A DNA stretch of 64,000 bases from an uncultured Micavibrio sp. (GTDB lineage Bacteria > Pseudomonadota > Alphaproteobacteria > Micavibrionales > UBA1664), in assembly GCA_964531715.1 (NCBI GenBank), contig CAZHEE010000005.1, forward strand, positions 21,365 through 85,364, given 5' to 3'. Every line of letters begins with the position of its first letter. Position 1 is the first letter of the stretch. A model generated the notes under the pieces. The model had not been told where the DNA came from, did not search any database, and worked only from the letters and a program-made list of their open reading frames with translations. The position numbers were made by a program, and so were the translations under genes. Below are positions 63,653 to 64,000 of this stretch, piece by piece.

Positions 63653-64000
63653 ATGGAATTTTTAATATTTTTTATAGTTTTAATCGCTTTCTTCGTTGCG
63701 ACATCTGTGCGCATTATGAAGGAATATGAGCGAGGCGTTGTTTATACACTTGGTCGCTATACACATACGACTGGACCAGGTTTAATAGTTCTCATTCCCT
63801 TCGTTCAATCGATGACAACGATTGATTTGCGTGTGCGAACAGAGGATGTGCCGTCTCAGGACGTGATTTCTAAAGATAATATTCCTGTGCGTGTTTCTGC
63901 CGTTGTTTATTACCGTGTGGTTGGCCCCGCCGATGCGATAAACAAGGTAGAGGATTTTATTCAGGCGACAAGCGAGCTGGCGCAGACAACATTAAGGTCT
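63653..64000 (+). CDS. SPFH/band-7 (stomatin-like, QmcA-type) protein; the 3' end runs off the window
   Basis: Not in the track because it is partial. It reads MEFLIFFIVLIAFFVATSVRIMKEYERGVVYTLGRYTHTTGPGLIVLIPFVQS...QDVISKDNIPVRVSAVVYYRV. Confidence 0.9.
   Translation, partial: MEFLIFFIVLIAFFVATSVRIMKEYERGVVYTLGRYTHTTGPGLIVLIPFVQSMTTIDLRVRTEDVPSQDVISKDNIPVRVSAVVYYRVVGPADAINKVEDFIQATSELAQTTLRS

Overview
This is a 64-kb chromosomal segment from a moderately AT-rich alphaproteobacterium. The assignment rests on gene order alone: ispD | ntrY-ntrX-trkA-hfq-hflX, rplM-rpsI, lptD, miaB-phoH-ybeY-corC-lnt, yebC, ruvC-ruvA-ruvB-ybgC, prfB with its +1 frameshift, rpmB, tgt, upp, an irr-like fur, prfC, sufE and clpX. 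I count about 60 protein genes and three tRNAs (Leu-CAG, Glu-UUC, Leu-UAA). There is no rRNA and no CRISPR array. The backbone is housekeeping, but three kinds of non-backbone sequence are visible. (1) At least four families of 60-160 bp palindromic, MITE-like repeats occupy most of the larger intergenic spacers. (2) Small, visibly AT-richer ORFs sit inside otherwise conserved operons, often with overlapping start/stop codons. These are a ParDE pair between phoH and ybeY, a 246-aa ORF between miaB and phoH, a GNAT gene between ruvA and ruvB, and a secreted 134-aa ORF between nfeD and its SPFH partner. (3) A rearranged accessory patch lies at about 55.9-59.5 kb. There an AT-rich cassette has replaced the 3' end of prfC, and the displaced native terminus survives downstream. 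The patch also holds a duplicated small-ORFan/sufE module, two IS5-family relics, a tRNA-Leu and a secreted-protein indel. Several conserved genes are reduced or divergent: NtrX lacks its AAA+ domain, and Tgt lacks its Zn-cysteines and GGLAVGE motif. I recognise no known defence system other than ParDE. The best candidates for something undescribed are the cassette that replaces the prfC terminus, the duplicated ORFan/sufE module, the GNAT embedded in ruvAB, and the HD-GYP-NfeD-X-SPFH operon. All functional calls come from motif recognition by eye on the supplied translations. No database search was run.
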